63,739 nt of DNA from assembly GCA_034780895.1 (NCBI GenBank), contig JAUZTB010000076.1, forward strand, positions 38,274,867 through 38,338,605, read 5' to 3'. Below, piece after piece: positions 1-11,496 of this stretch. How positions within the stretch are numbered: position 1 is the first letter of the stretch; the number at the start of each line of letters is the position of its first letter. Below the pieces are notes generated by a model. The model saw nothing but the letters and a program-made list of their open reading frames with translations. It did no database searches and was not told the DNA's origin. The translations under genes were made by a program, and so were the position numbers. The DNA comes from Rhynchobatus australiae (Eukaryota).

Positions 1-175
1 TTTTGCCTGGAAATCTGTTCAACAGAATCATAACACCCGCTGAGTGTGACGTCCCGTGACTGAAAAAAACAGAATCACCCCACTGTAACTTCCAAAAGTT
101 CACATCGTCTTCACCAGAGTGAGTTTCTTGTAGGAAAACACAATTAGCTTTTTTGCTGCTTACAAAAAAGAAATA
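1..175 (-). mobile_element. L1/Tx1-clade LINE ORF2 APE endonuclease N-terminus (continues off the left edge)
   Basis: Minus strand reads ANCVFLQETHSGEDDVNFWKLQWGDSVFFSHGTSHSAGVMILLNRFPGK, with the QETH, QWG and SHG..SAGV motifs of L1/Tx1 endonucleases. A 1-nt shift in an A-run separates it from upstream VFLFCKQQK. Confidence 0.85.
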
Positions 176-654
176 CACAGAAACAAGCATAATCAGTTTG
201 AATCCATCAGAACTTTCATTACTCTTTGTACTAATACCAAAGCGTTACACAACAGATATAATATCTCCAACGATGAAAAGGCCATGGATAGTGGTTGATC
301 TCTGCATTGCTCTTGGAGTTGTAATGCAGTCAAGATCATAAGTGCATCCTCTAGATGGACAGAATCCATACTGCCATTCAGGGAACAGCTCTGGTCACCT
401 GGAGGCAATGGTTAAGGGGAGGATTCTTTTTAATTTATTCATTTTTCAGGATGTAGGCATGGCTGGCAAGGTTAACATTCATATCTCATAATTTCCCCTT
501 AACAGGGAGCTTGATAGGCCACCAGAGGACATTTAAGAGACAATTACATTGTTGTGGGCCTGGAATCAAACATAGGCCAAAGTAGTTAAGGATGGCAGAT
601 TTCCTCCTAAGAAAAATAAGTAAGCTTTTATGACAACCTGATAAGCTTTCGCTG

Positions 655-2045
655 TGGCAGACACTAGGAGATATCTCGGTCAACTGAGAGGACTTGAGAG
701 AATCCACTCAAATTTGGCTGCCTTCAGAAATTGGTCTCCACCCTATACCTGCTATGTGAAGACTTGCTGACTGTGAGACTAACTGATGGACCCACCACAG
801 ACCCAAATCCACTGCAGACTGAAGGCTGTATCATTGCTCCCAATCTCTTCTCCACCTTTCTCAACACACAGCTGCACCTCACTTCCAAAATGCTTCCAAC
901 TGGACTGCAAGTAATCTACAAGACAAACAGAACACTGTTCATTCTCTGGTGCCTCCATTCCAAAACCAAGGTGACCCCCAATATGAGTCATCAAGCTGCA
1001 GGAGGCAGATGATGCCTATACTCACATGCTCACACTTGGAGGCCAGATCGTCAATGATTCAGTGAAATGAACAACAGAAAACTTTGGTCCTCCAACAATC
1101 CGCCGCCACTGCACAATAAAGGACCAGGAGACCCTGGAGAGTGTAGATCACTTCCATTATCTCAGGAGCCATCTCCCAGCAAAGGTTGACAATGATGATG
1201 AAATTCATAATGCCTTCAATGTGCTAGCACAGCCTTTGGCCATTTGAGGAAAAAACTTTTGAAGATCAAGACCTCAAACAGGGCACAAAGATCATGGTCT
1301 ACCAGGCAGTAGTGATTCCTACCCAGCTGTACCTTTCAGAGACCTGGACCACCTATAGCAGATACCTCAAAGCCCTGGAGGCATACAACCAAAGCTGATC
1401 CTGCAAAATTATCCAAACTCATTGGCAGGATAAGTGAACAAGTAAAGTGATGCCAGTGTTCTTTCCCAGCATAATATCCCCAGCACTGAGGATCTAATTA
1501 CATTCAACCAGTTGCAATGAGTGCAATGGGCAGGCCATCGCATTTGCATGCACAACATCAAACTCTCGAAACAGGCACACTACTCCTAGATCTATCAGAG
1601 TAAGAGATTAAAAGGAAGACAGCAGAGATGCTTCAAGGATGTTCTCAAANNNNNNNNNNNNNNNNNNNNNNNNNNNNNNNNNNNNNNNNNNNNNNNNNNN
1701 NNNNNNNNNNNNNNNNNNNNNNNNNNNNNNNNNNNNNNNNNNNNNNNNNAAATTTCTGAGAAAAAATGTAGTATCCTCACTGGCTTGTGGGAACTCTGGC
1801 ATGTGGCCAATTTAAAAGGCAAAGATACATCTGGAAAGCTACTGAGAACCCCGAGGGTCTTGATCAGACCATACAGAAGCCCAGTGTGAATGCCAAAAGG
1901 AGCACACCTCCTCCCATACTACCTACCCCATCAGGCATGTCTTGCCTCACCTGTGGCTCCCTCACTGGCCTCATCTGCCACCTCAGAACCCACAGAGCTG
2001 GAGTGGAAGCAAGTCCCTCCATCCTGAGAGTCTGCCAAAGAGAAG
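655..2045 (+). mobile_element. Decayed RTE-clade LINE (RT and 3' end)
   Basis: Broken frames give GCIIAPNLFSTFL, LPTGLQVIYKTN and a terminal CLTCGSLTGLICHLRTH, typical of RTE/BovB-like RT and C-terminus. Many stops; interrupted by a gap at 1650-1749. Confidence 0.75.
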
Positions 2046-2461
2046 GGCGGAAAGTGCAGACCTATGACAAAGTTTTCAGAAGTACAAAATAACGCTTGTC
2101 CAGAGACTCCTCTGCCCCAAATCCACTACTTATTTATTCTAAATCAGGTTGCTTATTGTACCAAATTCAAGGCTAAAATCATTTCTAAGAAAATCTGCTG
2201 GAGCATACTTGTTGGTTAAAAGTAGCATAAAAGGCTTGACAGTTGCTGGAGGAAGAGAGATTATTACACCCAAGTTTTAATGCCATTCAGCACATTTTTC
2301 CATTTGTGAATGTTATCAGGTGCCTCCAAATGAGGAATCTGACCCCAAGTATGGATTTTGGCGCAAACTGATTACTAAATCTGTCTAGGGAAGACCAGAA
2401 AGACAAAAAAGAACAATACAAGCGATGTAAACCTGAATTCTGCAACAAATCTGGAACCTAC

Positions 2462-2584
2462 CAGAGTCCAGCTGATTCCTGGTTCTGATTTTATTTTATA
2501 TTTCACTTCAAAATCACATTTTGCACTTGGTGTCGATTTTTTCCAGTGAATAATGGTCTTGGATGCTGAATTGTTTATAAATTN
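2462..2584 (-). CDS. IL23R: IL23R-like exon (first half of second FNIII domain); 5' end lost in N-gap
   Basis: FINNSASKTIIHWKKSTPSAKCDFEVKYKIKSEPGISWTL ends at a phase-0 donor CTG|GTAGGT (intron starts 2461). It resembles human IL23R INATVPKTIIYW...CEMRYK...W. Synteny with C1orf141-like and SLC35D1 supports the call. Confidence 0.8.
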
Positions 2585-5170
2585 NNNNNNNNNNNNNNNN
2601 NNNNNNNNNNNNNNNNNNNNNNNNNNNNNNNNNNNNNNNNNNNNNNNNNNNNNNNNNNNNNNNNNNNNNNNNNCTCCCCTCTTCAGTAAAAGATAGTCTT
2701 GGGGAACTTCTTTTGGATCAGGTACCATCACTGCGGAAATCCATCGGCGCATGTGTGCTTCAGACATTTCAGTCTTCTGCCAAAGTTATAGCAATCCTTC
2801 AGGTGAATTTCAGAGGACATTCAACCTAGCAGACACCTGCAGGATGTGTTTGCAGTTTTTTGCACTAATCTCTGTGATCTTTGTTCATGATTAAGACCAT
2901 AAAACTCCTTAGGTTAGTTACACCTAATCACACCCACTGGTGACCTTGACCAGCAACCTGACATATATCAGAGGAATTCCTTTCAAATGGAGAGAATTAA
3001 CAGGTTCCCACACCACCAGGGGCACATAGTTACAAATGGCTGCAAATTTTGACATGGGTGTTTGCATTAGGGTGACACTGGAACTCAGGCTTGTAAATTC
3101 CTTCTCATGCACTTCAAATAAATGTTTTTTCAAAGCACTACTTGCCTCCTGAACAGGAGGCCGAGCATGACTCCTGGTTTTCCAGTTGATCCACTGACTG
3201 CCACTTGACTAAATCTGTGGTATCTTCAGATGTCCACAGAGCAGCTCCTGACCACCACCTGGCCTCACTTTTCCCTGCTGATGGCATGTCTAGGGCGAGT
3301 GGAACTTAAGCCCCATTGGATCATTATGGATGCCTTCATACTGGNNNNNNNNNNNNNNNNNNNNNNNNNNNNNNNNNNNNNNNNNNNNNNNNNNNNNNNN
3401 NNNNNNNNNNNNNNNNNNNNNNNNNNNNNNNNNNNNNNNNNNNNCCTCATTTATGCCTTGTAGATAGCAGAAAGTATTTTGAGTAATCTGAGCTCTTATT
3501 AGTACCAAAGAACAGGAGAAAAACTTGCGTATGGTGTAAAATGGGTTGTTAATTTGTTATCACCCTTCTTTGCACAGCTGGGTTTGATCTGTGCCATTGC
3601 CAGAAAAATTGAAGCCTGCTCCAGATTCTGCTGCCCAAAGATATTGCATGTTTGCAAATATTTTACATTTCGCAAACCACTCACAGATTTTGCATTCTTA
3701 TAAACAGCTTATTGTATGAGTAAATATTGTCATCTCAGCTATCCAAGGTCCTATCCCTAATCAGTGAAGAAATTGACAAGATCAGGATAGTCATTTCAAT
3801 CAAACCAAAATTCATGTATTCAACCAGCAAAGGGAAAGTATTTCATCTGAAGAGTGTATTTTTAATAAAATGATCCAATACAGAACCATTACTGCCTGTG
3901 CAAGAAAAAAATGTACTTATACACAAAACAAAAACAGCATCAGGAAATTAGTTATGCATCTTTCTGTGATATGCATTCAACTGTAAAGCCAACAGATAAA
4001 AGTGCAATATCAACAATTTTCATTGCAGTAACCAAAATAGCTCTAAGTTACACTTAGGGCATAAATGATGTTTAGCATCCTGAAGAAGTTCTTGGCTCCA
4101 CACTGTCGACCTGTCTATTGCTCTTTTTAGGTAGACTTTTAGTCATATACCAAATGTCAGGAAAAGCAGAAAGTACAGGCCATAGGAAGAAATTGCATTA
4201 AAAATATTGCTGTCTAAAAGATAAACAAGCCTAAAGAAGCAAGTTCTTTGACAAGGTGTACCTCTTTGATAGCCTACTGACAGATCATATTGCAACATGA
4301 AACTGCCTTCTGGTTAACTAAACATATATACATTGAAGTACAGCATAATAAACAAGAAAATAGGTCAGTAATCTCATTCAGATATGATACTGCAAAGCTG
4401 AGGAGAGAGACATCTAGCCTCAATGATGAGTCCAGGTCCAGAACAAGTGTCTGCAAGCATGCACTTCCAGAGCACATTGCTAAGCACTGTGCATGCTCAA
4501 CTGATGATTTTTATATTCAAGATCGTATAATGGAACTTGAACCTATAACCTTCTGATTCAAAGGCAAGTATGTTAACAGGCAGTTGATGGTTCTCTACCA
4601 ATGTACTACCCAGATATCAGCATGCTCCAGCCCATTTTGAATAAGTGCCTTGGAGCTCCCAAACATATGTGTGCACCTAGAAAAAAAACAGATAATTTGC
4701 ATTTATATTGCATCTTTCACAGAATTATCTAACACCAGTTTGTTGATTCATGCCTCATTGCTGACATTTAAATACAAACCTTGGCTGATACCTTCATAAA
4801 ATTTGCTGTATTAAACATGTCTGCCTTTCTTTTCTTCTGTTTGGAGGTTCCAGTATATCCATTCACTTCTTCCTCTTTTGTACTTGTGCCAAGGTGACAG
4901 CAGGAATAATTTGGAATGGCCACAGTTTTTAAGCTCCTTGGTTTGTTCAGTGTTGTGATTCACTACAACTAAATCTAATCTTGTCCACACCCAATATCCA
5001 CAAAAATGTATTTCCCATCAGGAATTATACAATGGATTCAGGAGGAGACTGCACATTTCTAATCATGTGGCTCAATAGCAAATTACTTAAATGTATACCT
5101 ACTGAACCAGAGTCGTGTGAGCCCTGAAATTTTCAAGTACATTTGTAACTATATAAATCATAACTCTTAC

Positions 5171-5340
5171 CTATATCATTGAGCTCAAAAGTTAACCTCT
5201 TGGAAGTTGCATTTCCTAATGCATTCAGAGCTTGCACCCAAACCTTGTATTTCAAGGCTTCTTTAAGATGACGTCCAGGGACTGTGACATTGCTGGTTCT
5301 GGATACTGCTGGAAATCTCCATTCTTCACCAGTTTTCACA
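5171..5340 (-). CDS. IL23R: IL23R-like exon (second half of first FNIII domain), 170 nt, phase 2 to 1
   Basis: Acceptor TGTGTTTCAG| and donor ATAG|GTAAGA. Translates (S)VKTGEEWRFPAVSRTSNVTVPGRHLKEALKYKVWVQALNALGNATSKRLTFELNDI, matching human IL23R SLETEEEQQY...KKYLVWVQAANALGMEESKQLQIHLDDI. Confidence 0.85.
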
Positions 5341-5634
5341 CTGAAACACAAGAAAATACAGGTCTCATGCCGTGTTACAGCTGTGCAATCTCTTTTATGA
5401 AAACAAAGGATTACAAATATTCTTAGAATCAGCATAAAAATAATCCATAAATCCAAAATAACATGTCACATTACCGACAATGTTAAACTGGGCCTGAGAT
5501 GAAGGGCTCCCAACTGGCACTAGAGGAGGCCCAATCCTCACTTTAATATTAGTTAGCTGCTGATATTTAATATTTGGGGTCACTTCCATTCATATATTGG
5601 CTTCAGAACATCACATGATGTTTTACAATCAATT

Positions 5635-5950
5635 CTGAAGTATGATCACTAATGTAATGCAAGAAACACAGTACTGCAAGCTCCCAAGCACAGGAATAGG
5701 ATAATGACCAGATAATCTGTTCATTTTGTGATACTGTTTGATGGATAAATGCCACTCAACAGATTGGGGGAACTCTCCTTGTTTTCAGATAGTGCTTCAG
5801 TATGTTTTACATCCATGTGAAAGAACAGACGGAGTCTCAGATTAACAAGAGAACATTCCAACAGCATAATACTTCCTCAGTTCAGCAATGAAGTGCGTAC
5901 AATGGACAAAAACTCACAACTTGCTGAGGCAGAGGCAAGAGTGTGCTATA
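5635..5950 (-). mobile_element. Deu-domain SINE (SacSINE1/AmnSINE-like), diverged
   Basis: Contains ATAATGACCAGATAATCTG...GAACTCTCC...TTTTACATCCATGTGA...CAGACGGAGTCTC and a tRNA-like head remnant CACAACTTGCTGAGGCAGAGGCAAGAG. Confidence 0.65.
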
Positions 5951-6762
5951 CCTTTTAAATGGGTCATTCGTTACTTACATGGTAGACACTGGAATGTTTC
6001 TCTTACAGACAAGTGCTGGTGATTGCAGCTTTTTAGAACAGTGGGTGTTCCTAAAGAGAATGTCTCTTCCCTAGTCCCCAGGCAATTTGCTCAGCAGTAA
6101 GAGAGAGCTGAACACAAGCATTGCTCCAAGTTTGTATTAGTAATGGCAGAAGAAATTTAATGCTGCACAGAAGGGCCAGAACACCCTTTAACAATGCATT
6201 TCCTGTAACCTCCTTCTGCTTGGATTTACACATACAAAACTTGGTCCTACCTTCACAACTATTTTTTCCAATTAGACATATCCTTTTGTTTCCTCTTTTC
6301 ATACAAGTTATTCTAAGTTACCTCACATGTGTTCAGAACACTTCATCAGGGCACATATTAACTGCCCTTCCAGCATAAGGCTTTGAGCAAGGCTGAGGAA
6401 AGAATCAAAAGCATCAACTAGAGGCAGTAAGCCCCAAGTAGTGTATATTCTTTGTTTAAACTACCCCTCTCCTCTACACTTATTCACAAGCAGTTCAGGT
6501 GGTTGGGGAAGAGATGAATGTTAGGAAAAGGGGGAAAGTACCACTGGGCCATAATTACATACTATAATGTACAATTAAACTGATATAATCTAATATATTT
6601 TATTATAACATTTTGATAATCCAGCATACTACAGACATTGGTGATTTCGGATGAGCAGATTTTCCATACTATTGAATGTACTCCAATTAATACCTAATTC
6701 AGTTTTAATTCACTTTTTTTTAAGATAGTACACTGTAGTTTAATAAATTTCCCTGTGTACCA

Positions 6763-6902
6763 GATGAGTTTAAAGAGAGTACGGGAAACAGTGTCCCGAT
6801 GAATTCAAAGGGAGTATAGAAAAGAGGGCTTCAGTGAGTGTAAAGGGAGCTTGGGAAATGGGGTCCTGGTGAGTGTAAAGGGGGTACAGGAAATGGGGCC
6901 CT
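6763..6902. repeat. 35-bp minisatellite, 4 diverged copies running into an N-gap
   Basis: Units start at 6763, 6798, 6833 and 6868; approximate consensus GRTGAGTKTAAAGGGAGTACRGGAAAYGGGGYCCY. Confidence 0.85.
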
Positions 6903-7059
6903 NNNNNNNNNNNNNNNNNNNNNNNNNNNNNNNNNNNNNNNNNNNNNNNNNNNNNNNNNNNNNNNNNNNNNNNNNNNNNNNNNNNNNNNNNNNNNNNNNN
7001 NNATTAATCTTAGTCTTTTCTTTCAATTTGTTATCACCTTAGCTTCCTTAATCAGAAAT

Positions 7060-8590
7060 GGATAGTGCACCCTTCTCAATTATCTTTTCTCACTAGCATA
7101 TACCTTTGCTGGGATTTATGAAATGCCTGCCACTACCGATTTGTCATCTGACTCTTTAATATAATTTAGTCCACTTTAGACATTTCTGTACTCAGACCAC
7201 AGTAATTACCTTTTATTTAAGCTCAAGGCAACAATTTTAAATTCAAATTTCTCACCTTCAAACTGATTTTGAAATTCTACCATGCTATGATCACTCTTTT
7301 CTTGGGGACCCATTATTACAAGATCACTCATTACATAATAACAGATCAAAAATAACCTGCCCACTGGTTGGCTCCTCAGCATCATGCTCTAGGAAACCAT
7401 CCTGGAAGCATTCAATGAACTTGTCCTCAAGGCCATCCTTGCCCTTGTTTTTATCCACCCTATATAATGTTTGAAATCATGCATGATTATTGCAGTATCT
7501 TTCTTACATGCCCCCATTATTTGATAATTTATGCTGCCCTACATTATAGTTATTATCAGGGGGCTTATAAACGATACCCACTAAATTACCCTTACTTTTT
7601 CTTATGTCCCCCCAAACTGTTTATACATCTGGAACTTCTGAGGCAATATAATTCCTCTTCTCTTAGTGATCTCATCCCTTATTAACAGAATTGCCCCACC
7701 ATCTTTTCATTTCTGAACATCCTTCTGGAAAGTTAAATACCTCTAAATGTTCAGTTCCCAGCCTTGGTCATCCTTGTAGTCACATCTCTGTAATGGCTAC
7801 CAGATCATACTCATTAATTTTTCTTTATGCTATCAATTAATCTGCAGGTTATGATTGGTGCATGTCTTTTGATAATAGCCTTCAATCTGATTTTATCTTT
7901 TTTCTTTGCACTTACTCTAATCACTGGTGCACATTTATATCTGCCCCTTCCCAATGTACTCATGTTATTGTTATCCCTCTCAGTGCCCGCATTGTGCCTT
8001 TTCCTTGCCTTTATAAACATCACCTAAATCCCTATCTTCTATTTCCATTTTAGCTTTTCTCGGCTCTGATTCTTTTCAGGTTCCCATCTCCCTGCCAAGC
8101 TACTTAAACACTCTCCAACAGCACTATCTTTCGTCAAACATGATTTCTTTTCATAAATCCATATTCATATTGTCCTAGTATTATTTTCTAAGTGCCCTAT
8201 CGTTAACTGGTCTGTGGTTTCTTGTTTCCTTTCTCCCTCCTTTCTGAAATAGTGGGGTTACATTTGTTTCCTTCCAGTCTGTGGGAACCATTTTGGAGTC
8301 TATGTAGTTTTTCCAAATGACAGACACGGCAATCACTCTCTCCATAGCCGACTCCTACAAAATCACCAGATCTTGGGGAACTTATTGCTTTTCAATCCCA
8401 TTTATTTCTCCAATACTTTTTATTAATGCTAATTTCTTTGGGCTCCTCATTTACTTTCGAGCTATTGATCTCCACAATTTCTAGAGGCTTTTGTGCCTTT
8501 TAATTTGAAGGCATATGAAATATTTGTTAGATTTCTCTACCATTTCTTTATTCTTCAGTATATTTTCTGTGTCAGTCTGAAAGAAAACCA
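7060..8590 (-). mobile_element. Decayed CR1-type LINE fragments
   Basis: Antisense CR1-like EN/RT text (CATGCTATGATCACTCTT, AATAGTGGGGTTACATTTG, TCCAGTCTGTGGGAACC); no intact frame. Confidence 0.6.
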
Positions 8591-8620
8591 TGTTAACTTA
8601 ACCAACCTTTGCCTTTTTAG

Positions 8621-8910
8621 TGCAAAACCTAATGGATATTTCATCAGAACAAGAGAAACATATTCAAGAAAGAAACACAGGGAATTTGAGAAACTTGGTG
8701 GGGAAACTGTTGACCTGTTTATTACTTTACAGAGGGAGACTGGTTGACATCAGAAAACAAACCAGGAAGTATCAAGACTTTATGAAAGAGATGGAAACTG
8801 AAAATATAGACTTGGAATCAACACTCATACCTCTCAGCATTGAGGATCAAATGAACAAATCTAACATAAAAATCATCAGCCTATCTCCACAACAAGAGAT
8901 CCCACCACAG
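8621..8910 (+). CDS. C1orf141: C1orf141/DUF4545-like exon (in-frame ATG at 8632)
   Basis: Acceptor CCTTTTTAG| at 8620 and strong phase-0 donor CAG|GTGAGT at 8911. Ends LIPLSIEDQMNKSNIKIISLSPQQEIPPQ, similar to the recalled C1orf141 motif LPLCFEDEL..PNAKI.N.SP. Position and strand between IL23R and SLC35D1 match human. Confidence 0.65.
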
Positions 8911-10263
8911 GTGAGTGCTGTAATACCTGAGTTTGATGCTTAATGCTACCTGCTAAATAGTGGAGGAATTGAGGATTATAACAGCATTTGGGCACTTCTT
9001 ACAAATTGTTAACAATAGCATGGGGTTAACAATATTAAACCCATGCAGAGGATTTGTTGTCTAAGTAGTGAGGAGGAGTTCACAAAATCATTATGGAGTA
9101 ATACCTATCTCATGACAGCATTCAATGATAACTAGCATTAAGAAGAGCAAAACAGTAGTTGACAAATAAAATGGTTGTTGTAAACTGACTAAGGTTGTTG
9201 GTTGGAGAGTCATAGAAGCTAATCCTATAGCATATGCAATTCAGTAAGATTGATCACCAAATTGGATTTGTTACAGCAGAGATGTTGATACAAGAAAGAG
9301 AATCCTGAGATGTATCTCCACCTTCTATGCCTGCTTCTGACATGCTCCTGCTGGCAGGCATTTATTCAAAATATGCAGGGATCAGCATGAGAGCACAATG
9401 TTGCACAACTTGAGACTTGCAAAGTTCTGAACATTGTCTCTTTTAATTTGACACCTGAATGCTGAATGTGGTATGGACAAGATAGTTGGATACTGAATCT
9501 CAATTTTCAGTAGCCCTGGTCAGTGAAATTGTGATTGAATGTAAAACATATCGTGGAACTTCACTGTGGAAAGTCCAATTTGTATTAGAATGTAGCTTGT
9601 TGACAGGTTTGACAGCTGACAACGTAGTTTAGTCAGCTGTGAAAGTATTGTGGGGGGAGGGTGGTAGTCTTGCCCCCCCGTCCCTCCCTCTAACAGTATT
9701 TATACTTGCAAGACCTGCCTTCACTGANNNNNNNNNNCAAATGGAATCAGGACAGCTTCAGAGAGCAAGTTCGCAATGCCAAAACCACAAAAGATAGGTT
9801 TGTATTCATCACCTAGGTTACCAGCAAGTATGCCCTGCAAGTTAATTTTCTGACAACCAGAGTTATAAGTTCTTAAGAAAAAAGTTCTGTTGCCAAATGT
9901 AAGAAACATGCCAAACATATGATGCCACAGACAGGTGTTGTGCCCATTTTTTTTACGATACATGTTTTGGTTTTGGGATTGCAAAACACTTTTTGCCTAT
10001 GCCTATGTGATGGTGGGGGGTGGGGACTTGTAATAAATATGTTTCCTCCCTGGCATTGCAAGGTTAGATGCCTATTTACTGCCTGGCAATTAGACACAAA
10101 GTCATCGAATTTCTAGGCTATTGTGTCTTAATTCTATATAGCTGACGTAAGTAAAAAATTGGCGGAGGAAAATATATGTGTGTAATTCAAAAGTAAATTT
10201 TTTTTTATTTAAAATTTTTTTCAATGACAGCTGGAAATCTATGTTCATTCCTTATTTACACAG

Positions 10264-11496
10264 GTTGAAAGTGAACCGTGCCCTTTTGATCCCCATTCTT
10301 GGAATCAAAAAGTGGAAGCAATCAAAGATTCAGGGAGTCTTCATTCATTTAGTTCTGGAGATATACAATCTCACTCAAGATCACATGAAACAATGAAGTC
10401 TTTTGACAAACCCCTGGAATTGCCTGTAAAAACTGTGAAGAAAGCCACAAAATCACACAATCAACAAATATATTTATTGGCAGATGATGGGACAACCAAA
10501 CCTTTGAAGACTAAACAGCACATAAGAAATCAGCCAGTAAAGGACATAATTACATTGATTTGTGAAATGCAAGACCAACCTAGCCAAATGCAAAAAAACA
10601 TCACATCTGACAGATCTTTGCCAGGGGTGGACAAAGTTGTCACAAATGTTTTAAATGCTACACCAGGTGTAGTATGTCCGAAAAGACCTCTTACTACTGC
10701 CTGCACTATTTCATCCTGCCACAGAAGTGTGAAAGAATCCTTAAAGTGCAAGGACTTGGTAGAAGAACAAAAACTGAAGCACAAAGATATTAGTGTCACC
10801 AATCAATCCAAAAGTACAATGAGTAATAAGACTTTGTTCCATTTCACTGCCAAGGCATTGCAGTGTTTAGAGGAAAATAATACAAATGAGAAAGGTCCTG
10901 CATTTGGATCACAACATGAATCTTCATTTCCAGCTCCAAAATTAGGGTTATCGTTTTCTTGTACTAACAGGCTGACTCTAGGCTCCATTGCCCACAAGGA
11001 CCATGAATCAAAACCAGAATGTAAACTTTCACCAATCATGGATTCAAAGGAAAAGACAAATGGCAATGTACTAAAGTCTACAGCCACAGATCCAGGTGCC
11101 CAAATAACATCTACATCTGCACAATCATCAGCACCTGAATCTGCAACTACATCTGCACCAAAACATGAAAACTCTCCAGTCTCTTCACACTTAAAAACAC
11201 TTCCAGCTTCGTTCATCATCAAGAAATTAGGGGAAAAATCAGAGGATGATCAATCAATGGAAGACAAGGAGATGAAGGAAGCAGTGGAGTTCCAACCTTC
11301 AATCACATCAGCTGGTACCACCCAGTCTCCTGTTAACAATACACCTCTAACACAGGGTGATAACTTGAGCATTTCTAGAGAAGAGAATCTAAAGTTAGAT
11401 GAACAATTGTCACTTGACAAAAGAGTCTCCCTTGAGGAAACTGAACCTGGCCCCTCCAATATACCAAAGGCTGATGCAGGTAACAAGAATTTCTAA
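10264..11496 (+). CDS. C1orf141: C1orf141-like large S/T/K/E-rich exon (about 405-410 codons)
   Basis: Acceptor TTATTTACACAG| gives a phase-0 start VESEPCPFDPHSWNQKVEA, in frame with the 8910 donor and the 394-aa ORF 10312..11496. It ends either at stop 11494-11496 or at donor GCAG|GTAACA (11479, phase 1). Confidence 0.75.
   Translation, partial: VESEPCPFDPHSWNQKVEAIKDSGSLHSFSSGDIQSHSRSHETMKSFDKPLELPVKTVKKATKSHNQQIYLLADDGTTKPLKTKQHIRNQPVKDIITLICEMQDQPSQMQKNITSDRSLPGVDKVVTNVLNATPGVVCPKRPLTTACTISSCHRSVKESLKCKDLVEEQKLKHKDISVTNQSKSTMSNKTLFHFTAKALQCLEENNTNEKGPAFGSQHESSFPAPKLGLSFSCTNRLTLGSIAHKDHESKPECKLSPIMDSKEKTNGNVLKSTATDPGAQITSTSAQSSAPESATTSAPKHENSPVSSHLKTLPASFIIKKLGEKSEDDQSMEDKEMKEAVEFQPSITSAGTTQSPVNNTPLTQGDNLSISREENLKLDEQLSLDKRVSLEETEPGPSNIPKADAGNKNF

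Noticed and set aside
2674-2767. N-terminal part of ORF 2375..2767 (MSEAHMRRW...) as IL23R coding sequence
   Set aside because: It is joined to the true exon only through Ns and has no FNIII similarity.
5395-5589. Minus ORF with PP..P and GNVTC resembling the missing IL23R first-FNIII exon
   Set aside because: It lacks the first Cys, the C-x-W and G..T motifs, a good acceptor and a phase-2 donor at the expected place; probably coincidence.
6322-6392. Minus-strand segment with good acceptor and GAG|GTAACT donor
   Set aside because: Stops in all three frames; at most a non-coding exon, with no other support.
6763-6902. Regular 35-bp repeat as a CRISPR-like array
   Set aside because: Units are contiguous with no spacers, and the context is vertebrate intronic DNA.
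10530-11486. Three minus-strand ORFs of 78-139 aa
   Set aside because: Antisense shadows of the large plus-strand exon.
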